This document shows positions 25,166 to 36,703 of a stretch of DNA of 64,000 bases, in pieces. Origin of the DNA: Lama glama (Eukaryota). The DNA lies in the NCBI GenBank assembly GCA_028534125.1, contig JAPYYK010000045.1, positions 310,001 through 374,000 on the forward strand. Reading direction: 5' to 3'. The notes under the pieces are model-generated. The model was not told the origin of the DNA. It saw only the letters and a program-made list of their open reading frames with translations, and made no database searches. A program made the translations under genes and the position numbers. Position 1 is the first letter of the stretch. Every line of letters starts with the position of its first letter.

Positions 25166-25971
25166 GTCAGGCCCGCAGCGTCCGCGATCTTGGGTGGCAC
25201 CATGCGCGCTGCTCGGCCTTTCCCTGGTGTAGGAAAGTGAACGGAGCTCTGATGAGGCGGGAGGGGCTCCGGGATAGATGCCCCACCTCTCGACAGAAGC
25301 ACGGAGACCCTTCGTCTGTTTTCAGCGCAGCGAAAATGGGCCCAGAGGCAGACACCTAAGAGGTGTTGGGGAAGGAGGGGTTAGGTGCGGGGAGGAAGGG
25401 GAAGTAAAAGGGATGCTGTTTGAGTCCCGGAGAATCGCTAGGTAGACTCATGCTTTTAACAAACACGAGCTTTTAAGGAGGCCCTGTGAACACGGGTCAG
25501 GTGCTCCTGGAGGCGTGACCGCGGCCGTCTGGAGTGGAGGCCGTTCCCTTTGGCTCTCGCGGGAATGGCGACTCAGAAACCTTCCTCTCCATGTGCTTGG
25601 AGTGCTGGGAGAAGCTGTTCTGTAAAGAAAATGTTTGTTTTGTTTATGTTTTGCTAAGCAGAACTTGACTAAAATCAATACACATGCAGGGAGGCTCTGA
25701 AAAGCAGATCCCTTCTGTGTGGGAGCCCCATTTCCAGCAGTGCACATGTTCTCCCTCCAGGAGGGAGGGGCCGACCCCCGAGGTTCGCAGTGAAGTCCAG
25801 CTCCTTTCACCTGGGATTCACTGAGTTCAGGGAGTGGGTTCCACTCGCCAGACCACTCCGTCTGCCCTCGTGGTGGCCGGGGGTAGCAAGCCCCGGGCCC
25901 TGGTGGGATGATGCTAGGGGTCCAATTCTGGGAGCCCACCCGGCGGGTGACCGGTCCCCTCCCTCCCCCAG

Positions 25972-26076
25972 CTCTACGAGGGCGCCCTGACCGAAAACCA
26001 GAAGTTGAAGGCGAAACTTCAGGAGGCCCAGCTGGAGCTCGCGGATGTGAGATGCAAGCTTGAGAAGGTGGCCCAG
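25972..26076 (+). CDS. PPP1R12B: Coiled-coil exon (LYEGALTENQKLKAKLQEAQLELADVRCKLEKVAQ)
   Basis: ccccag| acceptor, CAG|gtgagg donor, 105 nt, phase 0. Confidence 0.95.
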
Positions 26077-28089
26077 GTGAGGAGGGCAGGACGCGGACGG
26101 GGCACTCTGGACCGAGGAGGGGTAGGCAGGGGCGGGTCAAGACCGGCCCTCCTCAGGGTCTTGTGCAGAGTTGCAAGCAGAGGTCCAGGGCCATTCCTGG
26201 CGGCCTGAGTGCTAATGTCAGGCGTTGAGGACAACCTGCGTGCTTCTTAGTGAGGAGGACACACCTGTCCTTGCCGAGCCTACCGAGCTCCTCCACGCAT
26301 CACCCCTTGGGGGCCGGGGCGTGGTGGGAGGAGGGTAAGCAGACCAGAGCCCGCGAGGAGAGGCCGTGAGTCACAGCAGCCCCAGGGAGGAGGCGCTGTG
26401 GGGACGTAGAGTTCTGTCCTGAGGCATGTGTGACCTCCCCGGGCGCCCCGTCTTGGAGCGCTGGTGGCAGAAGACCAGACAGACCACTCTTCTTGCCGCC
26501 AGGCCTGACTTCGTGAGACGACCCCTGCGGGCAACAAGCTTGAGGACAGTGGGACAGCCCTTCCCTGAGGGCCTGGGGTCCGAGGAGGTGCGGCTCTGCC
26601 AGGAGGGCGACAGGGGAAGACAGGTGGCTGTTGTGCTGCCTGAGGCCTCGGTGACTGCTGGGGGCGTTGAGGGTAAAAACCAGCCTTTCCTTTTGCGAGG
26701 GGAACAACCAGGTTTACTGATTGATCATTAGAGGGTCATTGGAGGCGCTGGGCATGGGACCCAGGGCCTCAGCGTGCTGACCACCTGCTCTCCCTCTGAA
26801 GTGCGTGTCCCCCCCCCCCCCGACACCAGCCTTTCAGTCAGTAGGGGGGACGCCGGCTCCTATTCAGCTGCTCGGCCGGGTGGTCGGAGTAGACTCGGTT
26901 TTGCCAAATACGAGTTAACTGAAGCGCAGAAGTGCTGGTGCTGCGGCCAAGTCTGCAGTTTACCAAAAATGGAGTTGCTCGGGGGTGGGGGAGGAGCCTG
27001 TCAGTGCGCGGAGACAAGCACCACATGGATGCAGTGTCCCCGTGAAGGGTCCCCCGAACCCTGAGGGTCAGGGCTCCACAGGAGCGGATCAGAACTGGCT
27101 CTGTGTACGGGAGCTGACGCGAGGGGAGTCGCCGCAGCTCCGTGCTCTCAGGCTGGGGACCGAGCGAGCCCCGCATCCGCTGTGCCCTCTCCTCTCCCTC
27201 CTGCTTCACGGGGGCTTCTGTGCAAGGGCAGACGGCCGTGACCTTGAGGACAGAAGGTGAAATCCTGGAACAGGAGCCTGGCGTCCTGTGTGGGGCGTCC
27301 AGCGCCAGCACGACTTCTGCCTCTGTTACACATGTCTGGGCTGCTCCTGGGCGTGAGAACAGCCCCTCTGCTGGCATCACATGTCCCTCGACTGGAGGGA
27401 CACTGGGCTGGAGGAACCTGGCGCTTCCGCTCCCCGGAGGGGTCGCTCCCTGAAGCCGCTCTGCTGTTTGGCTGTGGAGGCCAAATCTCTACAGCCTCTC
27501 TGCGAAGTTCGTCCTAGAAATCGAGGAAGATCTGAAACAGAGTCCCAGCCTTTCATGCTAACAAAGCCTTTCCTTCTCTGGAAGCCCAGTGTGGGGAACA
27601 GTAGGCATGGAAACGTTCTGTTCAAAGCCATTCGGGTCCCGTGAGCAGACCCCTGGGAGGCTCTGGCAGCTCCTCCTGCAAGTTGCAGCCTCCGTCCCCA
27701 AGCAGAGGCAGCAGCACGGGGAGATCCCCTTGGGCCCCCGCCTGTCACAGGAGACAAGGCACTTTGGTCTCTGGGCTGCGAGGCGGCAGCAGGAGAGGCA
27801 GCGAGGGCGGTGGGAGAGGATAGTCGGCCTTGAAGGATGCACGTGTGCACGTGTGTGTGCCTGTGCTTGCCACTGTGTTCACTGCTGCTGCCGCCCCGTC
27901 CCGGGGAGGGGTGGGTCCTGTGCAGGTCAAAGGGCAGTAGCATTAGACTTAGCGGCCCATCGGGGCCTGCGGGCTGGGGCCCTGCTACCCCGACGCCTGT
28001 CTCTGGACATCCAGTGGGGAGGCTGGGCTGGACGGGCCGCCTGGCCTGAGACACCCTGAGTAACAACTGTCCTTCTCCATTTGCACCAG

Positions 28090-28143
28090 CAAAAACAGGA
28101 GAAGACCTCAGACCGGTCATCGGTGCTGGAGACGGAGAAGCGG
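28090..28143 (+). CDS. PPP1R12B: Exon (QKQEKTSDRSSVLETEKR)
   Basis: caccag| acceptor, CGG|gtatgc donor, 54 nt. Confidence 0.93.
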
Positions 28144-29172
28144 GTATGCCTGCACCCCGCCCCGGCCCTGCCCTCCCTGAGGGCTGGGACTCGCCCCTCC
28201 TGCCAGTGGAGAAAGCTCCTCTGCAGAGGCGGGTCCTCCACGTCCCCTCCCAGCTCGGCTGCACATTCTTTCTGCCTGACTCCGGACGGCAGTGTGCTTG
28301 CTGGCCTTTGGCCTCCTCTGAGCCCAGGGCTCCTTCCATGGTCCAGCCCGGGCGGGCAGGGTCCTGGGAAGGCCGCCTGCATCGCCTGCGGAAGCCGGCT
28401 GCGCACACTCCCCACCCCCAGTGCTTGGGCCCTGTGAACAGAGGGAGGGCTCAGCAGGACCGCTGAGTTAGATCTTAGGACGTAAAGCCTGGGAGGCCGG
28501 AGTCTTACGCTTCCTCGGGGGAGGGGGGCCCTGGTTCAACCACTGGCCCCTTGCCCACACTCAGAATCTCCCTCTGGAGGCTGGCACGTCTGTGTGGAGA
28601 AAACTCAGACTCAATGATAAGCGACTTCGACTTGACCCCAGGGCTGCAGTGAGTTCCCGTCCCTCTTGGTGTCTGTTTGATTTGGAAAGCAACCAAGTTG
28701 TGCGTCTTGTTCCCATCTGTTGGGTTCCGGCTAAGGCAGGACCGTTGCAGGAAGGAGGTGAACTGGGGGAGTGTTTGCTCCTTTGTTGGCGGGGATGTCT
28801 GCCTCCCCAGCAGGAGAGAAGCAGCTCCCTGGGAATTCGGAGGGCATCGTGGAAGACAGTGTTAACACAGAGCACGAGGCCCTGGCCACTGGCAGTCGTT
28901 TGAAAGTTCGTGGAAAGCTCAGCTTCCCGCAAGGACTCGGAGCGCCCTAGTCTGACCCCGTTTGCTTGTTGGGCGACTCGCGTCCCCGTGAATCTTGGAG
29001 TCGTCTGGTAGGAGGTTTGGGCAACATGGCTCTCACCTGGGAAGCAGCCCCCCTGCAGGTGTAGGATGGGCGGTGCTCCATCCTGGGTGAGGTTAGCCCA
29101 TGGCATCAGGACCAGCATTCGGGCTCCTTTCCGAATCCATTGGATGTTCAATGATCATGTTGTTTCCAACAG

Positions 29173-29223
29173 GAGAGGCGAGCCTTGGAGCGGAAGATGT
29201 CAGAGATGGAAGAGGAGATGAAG
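29173..29223 (+). CDS. PPP1R12B: Exon (ERRALERKMSEMEEEMK)
   Basis: ccaacag| acceptor, AAG|gtaggg donor, 51 nt; conserved MYPT-family motif. Confidence 0.95.
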
Positions 29224-32200
29224 GTAGGGTGGGGCTTCCTCTCTGTGCAGGGCGGGCGCTCGGCCCCCAGGTGCTCAGCTTACCTCAGGCCCCCAGCCCC
29301 CACTGCCTCTCTGGGAACAGTCGAGGCCTATGGTGTAGGGGCGTCCTCTGGTGAGCTAGAGACATACCTGGGCTGAACAGAAGGTTTTCTGAGTGAGGGC
29401 TTCACCCCCGAGGAGGGGCCAGACGAAAGGCTAGAGCAGGGGTTCCGGCTCCCTGCCCCACGTGAGGCACCTGGGAACCCGAGAAAGGCCGGGCCCCCCA
29501 AGGCCTCCCTACCCCCGCCCTTTGCCACAGGGGACACAGTTGGAGTCACTGTGTGGTGGAGGAATGGTTTATTCACAGCCTGACTTCCTGCCCGGGTCCA
29601 CGTCCCCCAAAACGCTCACTGTGACCTGCAGTGACCGGCACCTCCCTCAGCCCTTTGCGGGGGCAGTCACCCTGGGGCAGTTGGATCTCTGGGAGCCAGC
29701 ACCTCTTCTGCCCTGAGGAGGGGAGCCGTGCCAGACCTGAGCTGTGGGCCCGCAGCGTGTGGGGTTGGCGCCCGGACCCACCCAGCCTCTTGGCCATCTC
29801 CCCTCTCTTCATCCGTGGAATGCGGTTCCTCCCCAGGAACGCGGGGCCCAGGGCAGTGTGAGCGGAGCCCCAGATGCCCGCTGGAGCCAGGGTCCCTCAG
29901 GCGTTGTGGGAGAGCCAGCTGTTGTCCCCCTGGCCTGATGGGTCACGTCGACACCGGATCGGTGCTGGTAGCCCTGCTCCTCAGTGCTGCTCCGGAGTGA
30001 GCCCCGCCCTGTGTCCCACACGCACAGAGTCCCCAACAGTGCCCGCCTGTGTCTCAGACGGTGACACTTGGTGTTTTTCGAGACCAGCAGGAAGCAGAAA
30101 TAACTGGTGTGTGTTCTCCTGAGATGACAGAAGCTGTCAGCTTCCCCGTCTTCTGGTTTTTCTCTCACCTCCCGCTCCAAAGTGCCTCCCACCCAGAGCT
30201 GAACAGCCAGTGATGGTGGGTCCACAGCTCGTGGTCGGGTGGATCTCCTTTGTGTTCGAAGCCCCTGAGTCGCACCATCTGCTGGGCGGCTGTCGAGGTG
30301 CTCGTTAGGAGATGGCCTCTGCCCGTAAGTGAGGCCGGAGCTGGTGCCTTTCACGGGTCCACAGGAACCCAGCTGGCTGTCCCCGCCAGTCTCAGGACTC
30401 TGCATTGTCCTGGGTCCTTCCTTCCTTCCTCCCCACTCCAGGTGGGCAGGCCTGGGCGCCCTGGGTGCTGTGGGACGAGGCAGGTGCACCGTCTTCAGCT
30501 GTGACAGCTTCCTGAGTGGGTCGTGGGCTCTCTCCTCCTTAGAGACCGAGTACATGGAGGCACTGGGCCCCCCAGCCCTGCCTCGAGTGCCAGCCCCTTT
30601 CAGATGAAGGTGGAACTTGTCTTGACTTCAGCCCCAACCCAGTAGGTATACCAGTTGGAAACAGACTATTTTTCAGTTGAAAAGTCTGCCGGCTCAGTCA
30701 GCTGCCTTCACTCCCTGCTGCCAGGCACAGGGCCCCCTGGGGAAGCAGCACCTGCTGGCTCTGTGCCGGGACGCGTTCGCTAGGTCAGAGCCTGTGCCAG
30801 GCCTACGCAGCGGACAGGGGTGCGTGCAGGCTGCCCACCAGCCGACTTTAGGGTGTGTTTGCATCTGGACCATTCTTGGGGGTGTTGGATACTCAGGCTC
30901 GCACGCCGTGGCGTTGGCGAGTGGGCCCCAGGGAGGTTAGGGAGGTGCTTGGTTAGTTCTGAGGCTCTTCCGGACTGCAGCCCGTGGGGACAGCATCTTC
31001 GTGTTCTTGGCAGCGGGCCAGCAGCAGCACAGATCACTGACCCGTCACACCTGGGGCCCAGTGGGCCTGTTCAGTTCATATGGATGCTCAGACCCGGAGC
31101 CCTCGGTAGGGGTGGTGGGCATCAACCTCCAGGGAACCTTGCGGGTATAGTAGGTGCACAGGGACAGAGAGGGAGTCGCACCCGCTCTCCTGCCCCTGGC
31201 GAGTGAAGGCCAGGGGACGTGGGCTCCGTGGATTGACATGGCTTGTGCCCGTCTGGGCTTTACTTGGAGGTGAGTGTTGTGGGTCTCCCCAGGAGAAGCC
31301 ACTCAGGCGCAGTTGCAGCAGGATTATATGCCGGCCTCTGACGGGCGTTGGGGGGCCCACGTCAGAGGCGAGCTCTTCTCCGTGCCCCTCCCCCTCCTCC
31401 CCACACCTCCTCTGGTCCCCTTCCCCAGCCCCTTCAGGTGGGTCTTGGATTTTGTGTTTTACTTGCTCTGGAAGCAGCCCTGGCTGACCCCCCAGCTCCG
31501 CCTTGTTCTCAGTCCTGCCCCTGCCCCACTGCTAGTAACCTCCGCCCTCCTCCCCTCCGTCTGCTGTGTGCACACAGTGGGCCGAGCCATTCTCACAGTT
31601 CAGTGTTGCTCCCTTGGAGGCAAGGACCACTTCATGTCCCCTGTTGGCAGCTGTGGTCCCGTGTCCACCCCAGGGAGGGGCGGGAGCCAGGGCTTCCCAC
31701 TGGTTTTTCAGTCTGTGCCCTGCCCACCTGTTTAGATCTCCCCTCAGGCCGCCCATAGCTCCTCCTCTGTCCTCTCCACGACTCGGGACCACCCACCCGC
31801 CCTTCTTCCCGAAGTGGTGACCCCCATGACCCCAGTCGAGGGGGGCGAGTCTGCACTTTTGTCTCTGTTGTGTTTCCTTTTCACTGTTTCCCCTTCGCGC
31901 TGTCTCTCACATCCTTGCTTGTCCTCGAACACCTGTAACTCCTACGACCTTCCATTTCCATCCTTCTGTCCCTGTGAGTACGGCAGGCTTCTCTCCAGTG
32001 CCCAGTGACCTCCCTGAGACCCACAGGACTGTTGTCTTCATCCACAAAGCCCCATTCACATAACAGAACCGTGTCCTCCTCCCAGGAGCTGACAGTCTCA
32101 GCTTCAGGGTCAGCGGCCTGGCTCCTTCATGGACACGAGGGACTAGGAGGAACACCCAGGGCTGGCTATTCCGCTCCATTCACACCACTAAGAGGCAAGG

Positions 32201-32837
32201 GCTGGGCCAATGTGGCCCCCAGCCATCTTCCCCAGCTCGTGACCCCAGCTCGAGTACACAGCTGTCATTTCCCCAGTGGGAGCCCTTCTGGGGCACCTCC
32301 AGGCTGCTGCCAGCCTCCCCGCGAGCCAACAGAGAGCGGGCTGGGCCGTGGACTCATGGTGCAGGCCCCCGAGCAGCGCAGGCAGGTTGGCGGTCGTGAA
32401 CTCAAGACAAGCTGGGGCTGCAGGGGGTGCCGCATGTGTCGAAGCAACAGGCCCTTTTTCTTTCCTGGTTTTATTTTATTTTTTAAAGTGAAAAATAAGT
32501 GAGGTAAGAGAAGGACCCAGAAAGGAGTGTGAGTAATGGGCCGGGTCAAGGAGAAGAATGAGCAGAGGGGGAGGGGGCCGCACTGAACCACTGAGCCCCC
32601 ACCCGCTGGAGCAGGGCCCCGGCACACGGTTCTCAGCGGCAGTCCAGATGCGCTCACCGGAAGCCCCGGGGCTGACTCCGGCACACACAGACCTCAGCCC
32701 CCGCCCCTCACCACACACCTGCCTCTCTCCTGTCCTTTTGCATGCGAACTGAAAACAAAAACAATCATGTGATTTCTTTGTCCCACTTTATCTCCTCTGG
32801 TCTGTCTGTCTGTCCCTTCGTGTCTCACTTTCCACAG

Positions 32838-32972
32838 AACCTCCATCAGCTAAAACAGATTCAGACCTTGAAGCAGATGAACGAGCAGCTGCAGGCTGAG
32901 AACAGGGCCCTGACCCGAGTCGTGGCCAGGCTCTCGGAGTCCGTCGAGTGCTCGGAACCCCAGGGGCTCTAG
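32838..32972 (+). CDS. PPP1R12B: Alternative C-terminal exon ([44 protein letters not shown])
   Basis: Long pyrimidine tract, ccacag| acceptor, in frame, TAG at 32970-32972; matches the recalled MYPT2/M21 B-type tail. Confidence 0.9.
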   Translation, partial: NLHQLKQIQTLKQMNEQLQAENRALTRVVARLSESVECSEPQGL

Positions 32973-34104
32973 TCCTGCCCCTTCTCCACCTCACTCCCCT
33001 CCTCCACGCCAGGCAGGTTCACTCTCCTGTTGGTCCCAAGCCTTGCCCCCACCCCGAGCCTCCCACGCAGACTCCTGTGAAGGTCAGAGGTCTGGAGACC
33101 GACGAGCTGGGGCCAAGACCCCGGGGTAGGGCCTTGCCTGGGGCAGCAGGCTGTGTGGTGAGACTGGCCCTCGAGACTGGACAGGGGTCACGTGTCAGGG
33201 TGGGGGGGTCCCTGTCGGACGAGGTCTGGCTTTCTCGTCAGCAACCACCCACGCGCAGCCTTGTCCCTGGAGCAGGTGACGGAACCACGGTGGGGGCACT
33301 GCCCAGGCTTGGTGGTCCGGGCAAGACCCGGGCGGCAGTATTTGCACAAAGCTCCCTGTTGGCTCTGTGGTGCTGCCGGGGCTGAGGACCTCAGCGCTGG
33401 GTACCAGGCGGAGGGCTGGGGCTGGGGGTGGGGGCTGCCCCACTCCCACCCACCACCCAGCAGGGTTGGCCTCCTGCCTCCGTGGGGGCTGCGTCTCCTC
33501 CCTGTCACAGATCTGGGCCTGGAGATGTGCCCTCCCGGACAGGGGGCTTTGCATGGAGGTGGCAGGCGCCCACGGCCAGCGTGAGAACTGGGAGCCTCTC
33601 CCTGGCTGCAGGTCTGAAAAACAAGCTCACAGGTGGCGCGTGTCCATCCTGACGGCGCGGGGGCTGCTGAGGGCTCACGGTCCAAAATGAGTTCCCCCTG
33701 GTCCCCACTGGGCCTGCTGATTTCTGCCTGTTGCTTGTGCCCTCAGGGTCAGCTGCTGGTAACTAACTCCGGGATCTGATGCACCTGCATCCCGGGGGGG
33801 GGGGGTGGTAGAGCTAACGTCAGGCTGAGATGCTGTCGCTCAGGGCAGAGGCGGGGCTCCTGGGCCAGACCCCACAGCTCACCCACCCACTGGCCAGCAC
33901 GCATCAGGGCCGACCTCCACGCCCTGAGATCAACCATATCCGACTCGGGCGAACTGGGGACCCCTAGACACCCTCCAGTTCTTCCTGGTTCTCCTCGTGC
34001 GGGACAGCGTGGCAGGAGGTGAAGCTGGAGCTCGAGCTTATGGAGCTGAGGACACAGTGACCGCTGTGCCCGCAGAGGCCCGTGCTGACTGCTGCATTTG
34101 CTGT

Positions 34105-34240
34105 TTTCATTTATTCCCCAGAACAGTCATCTGTCGTGTTGAAAAACTGAGTCATAGATTAAGTAACTTGCCCGAGGTCACTCAGAGAGTACGTGGTGGG
34201 ACCAACACGCAAACCAAGAGTGCAGGCCCCAGACCCCAGC
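34105..34240 (+). mobile_element. MIR SINE fragment
   Basis: 'gaaaaactgagtcatagattaagtaacttgcccgaggtcactcag' is a MIR core. Confidence 0.75.
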
Positions 34241-36616
34241 AGCGGGGGTCTCACTTCCAGAAGGTTCTGCCATGCGGAGACCTTCCCCAGCAGGGCCAGC
34301 GGGCTCCGGCCGCCCATGGGGCTCACAGCCAGTTAGATGGAAGAAGTCAGAAGGCAAGGAGTGTCTCATGACACATGAAAATCCCGCGGAGTCAACGTTC
34401 AGTGTCTGGAAGTGAAGTTTGCCTGGAGTGAGCTGGCCGTTGTCCACGTGTCGGTGTGTCCATGGGTGCCTCTGTGCCACGGCAGCAGTGACCACGGGGC
34501 TCCAGACCCCCTGCTCTCCACCTAGCGCTTTCCAGGAGTAGCTTGCCGTCCCTGCCAAGGGAGAAGCCGGACCAGCGGAGGGGGGTTTGCCTGCCTCTCG
34601 GGTTGGGGGTTGGTGTTTTGGTTCCTGATAACCCTGGAGAAGACACCTTCTCTCAGTACGTGGGCCCCGCCCTCCTCTCTGCCGCGCTCCCTGTGGAGTT
34701 AGAAGCAGCCCTGTCTGAGAAGATGTGCGTCGGCCTTAAAGTCAAGCTGTGGTAAACTGGCCTTCCAGGAACGAGGAGGCGGCGTTAAACCGCGTGTGCG
34801 TAGAGCTTTCACGTGTTTTTACTTAACCGTCTGTTGGCTTCGAGTGGGCCCCAGATGCCCTTCCACTTCCTCCTTGCTCTGCTGAGACAGGAGGCTTCCC
34901 TGCGGCCCCTGCGTTCCACTCCTGCTCTCCGACTCCCCCAAGATGCCGGTGGTCGTGTGGGGCAGCTGGGAAACTGCTTTGTCCAACTTTTTTCCCAAAG
35001 AGTGAAGTTCTTAACGTAGAAGTAAGCCTCCCAGGCTCAACGGCGTGTCTGTACACTTTTTATGGGGCGGGGGGTCAGATCCGACTTGAGCCGCCCTCAG
35101 TGACGTGCAGCTGTCCCACACAGCACGTCCTCTGTGCCCCGCTGCAGGACCTGGGGGCCATCCTGGGTGGATTTGTCCTAAAACCCTCTTGGCTCGAGTC
35201 CTGAGCTCTCGTTCCGGGGGTTGAGGCCAAGGCATGGAGTCGGAAGGGGCCAGCCGGTGGCTCTGATGGAGCTGGGGAGAGGCAGGTCAGAGGTACTAAA
35301 GGTCTAGTTTGACATTTTCTGGATTGATATCCTCTTAGTGGCATGTGTGAACACCCACGTGCCCACCCGTGCCCCAGGGGGGAGGAGTTCTGGGTCCTGC
35401 AGCGCACAGTGTGGTGTCCGCGGGTGCACAGGGCCACCCTCTTCTAGGTGCAGGAAGGAAACCCAGAGAGGAGAGGAGTGCGCCTGGCGTGGCGCGGGGC
35501 ATCGGTAACGACGGCGCTGCCGGAGTCTTGGCCTCTGGGCTTGTGCTTTGTTTCCACCCTCAGGCCACCTGGTGCCAAAGGAGTGACCTTTAGGGTCAGC
35601 GTCAGCTTCGCCATTTAACAGCTGGGTGCCTGGACCGGTAACGACAGTCCTCACCGCATCACCTGTGGACGCGTGGTAACCAGCTCTCACTTGGGGCTGT
35701 GAAGTGGAGCCCCCCCTCGCCTTCCATCCTGTGTCCTCTGTCCCTGGATACCAAGTCCCTGAGTGTGCGGTCCACGCACACGCATCTCTCACACCTGGAC
35801 CTCCATCCTCCACGAAGCAGTGAGGGAACAGCCCCATTCTTGCCGGCATCTGACTGATCCCTGAGTGGTTGACCACAGAGCAGAACTGGGTTGAAGCTGG
35901 GGCGTCGCATGCCTTGGAGTCCAGTGGGTCCGGGTGACCGGTGAGAGGACATGTGCAATGAACAGACCTGGGTGTAGATTCTGGCACCTTTGTGGTGAAG
36001 AAGCATTTGCTCTCTGACCTCACTCTTGCTGCCACCACGGTCACACACAGACTGTGTCCTCACCACGCCCCTCTTCAGACTTCGGCTTGAGTGCCTGACC
36101 TCCCCATGCTTTGCAGTGGGAGCTCTGTGATGTTCAAAGCGGCAGGACTGCTGGAGTGGACAGCTCCCCCCAGCTGCCGCGGCCCGGGGCCCCTCAGGGC
36201 ACGTACACCTGGGCTCTAGCGGTTGGAATCGGTGTGATTCTACCACGGAAAGCACAAGACGCAGGACCCTGCAGCCGTCTCGTGGGCAGGAGGGGAAGCC
36301 CACCAGCGTCTGTTCTGACAGCATCCCTCTCACTCTGCCCGTCGACCCCGGCGATCCCTCCTGAGTCCCTTCCCGAGTCTTCCCAGCTCCCTGGGCTCCC
36401 CAGTTCCTCTGGACCAGAGATGGGCTGGGGCGGGAGCCATCGTCACTTGTTCCCAGATGGAGAAGCAGGATCTTATGCCTGTGTGTCGCAGGCCAAGGGC
36501 CACGGCCCCTCAGTGATCAGGAAGGCCCCAGGGAGCCCCCTCAGTGGGCTGGCCGGCCAGCTGGCCGGGCCCGGAGGCGGTCACCAGGCCCTGACGCCCC
36601 TTCTCTCGCCTCACAG

Positions 36617-36703
36617 GTCCTGACGGAACTGAAGTCTGACAACCAGAGGCTGAAGGATGAGAACGGCGCCCTCATCAGAGTCATCAGCAAATTGTCCAAA
36701 TAG
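36617..36703 (+). CDS. PPP1R12B: Terminal leucine-zipper exon ([28 protein letters not shown])
   Basis: tcacag| acceptor, canonical MYPT-family LZ, TAG at 36701-36703. Confidence 0.97.
   Translation, partial: VLTELKSDNQRLKDENGALIRVISKLSK

Noticed and set aside
27377-28408. 343-aa minus-strand ORF
   Set aside because: No recognisable domain; intronic GC-rich sequence with few stop codons.
28090-29175. Alternative acceptors removing QKQ (28099) or E (NAGNAG at 29173-29175)
   Set aside because: Possible but common and weak; cannot be supported without transcripts.
33720-33820. Acceptor-like site (33746), ACTAAC QKI motif and G13 run
   Set aside because: No convincing donor or coding signal; a single motif is not enough evidence.
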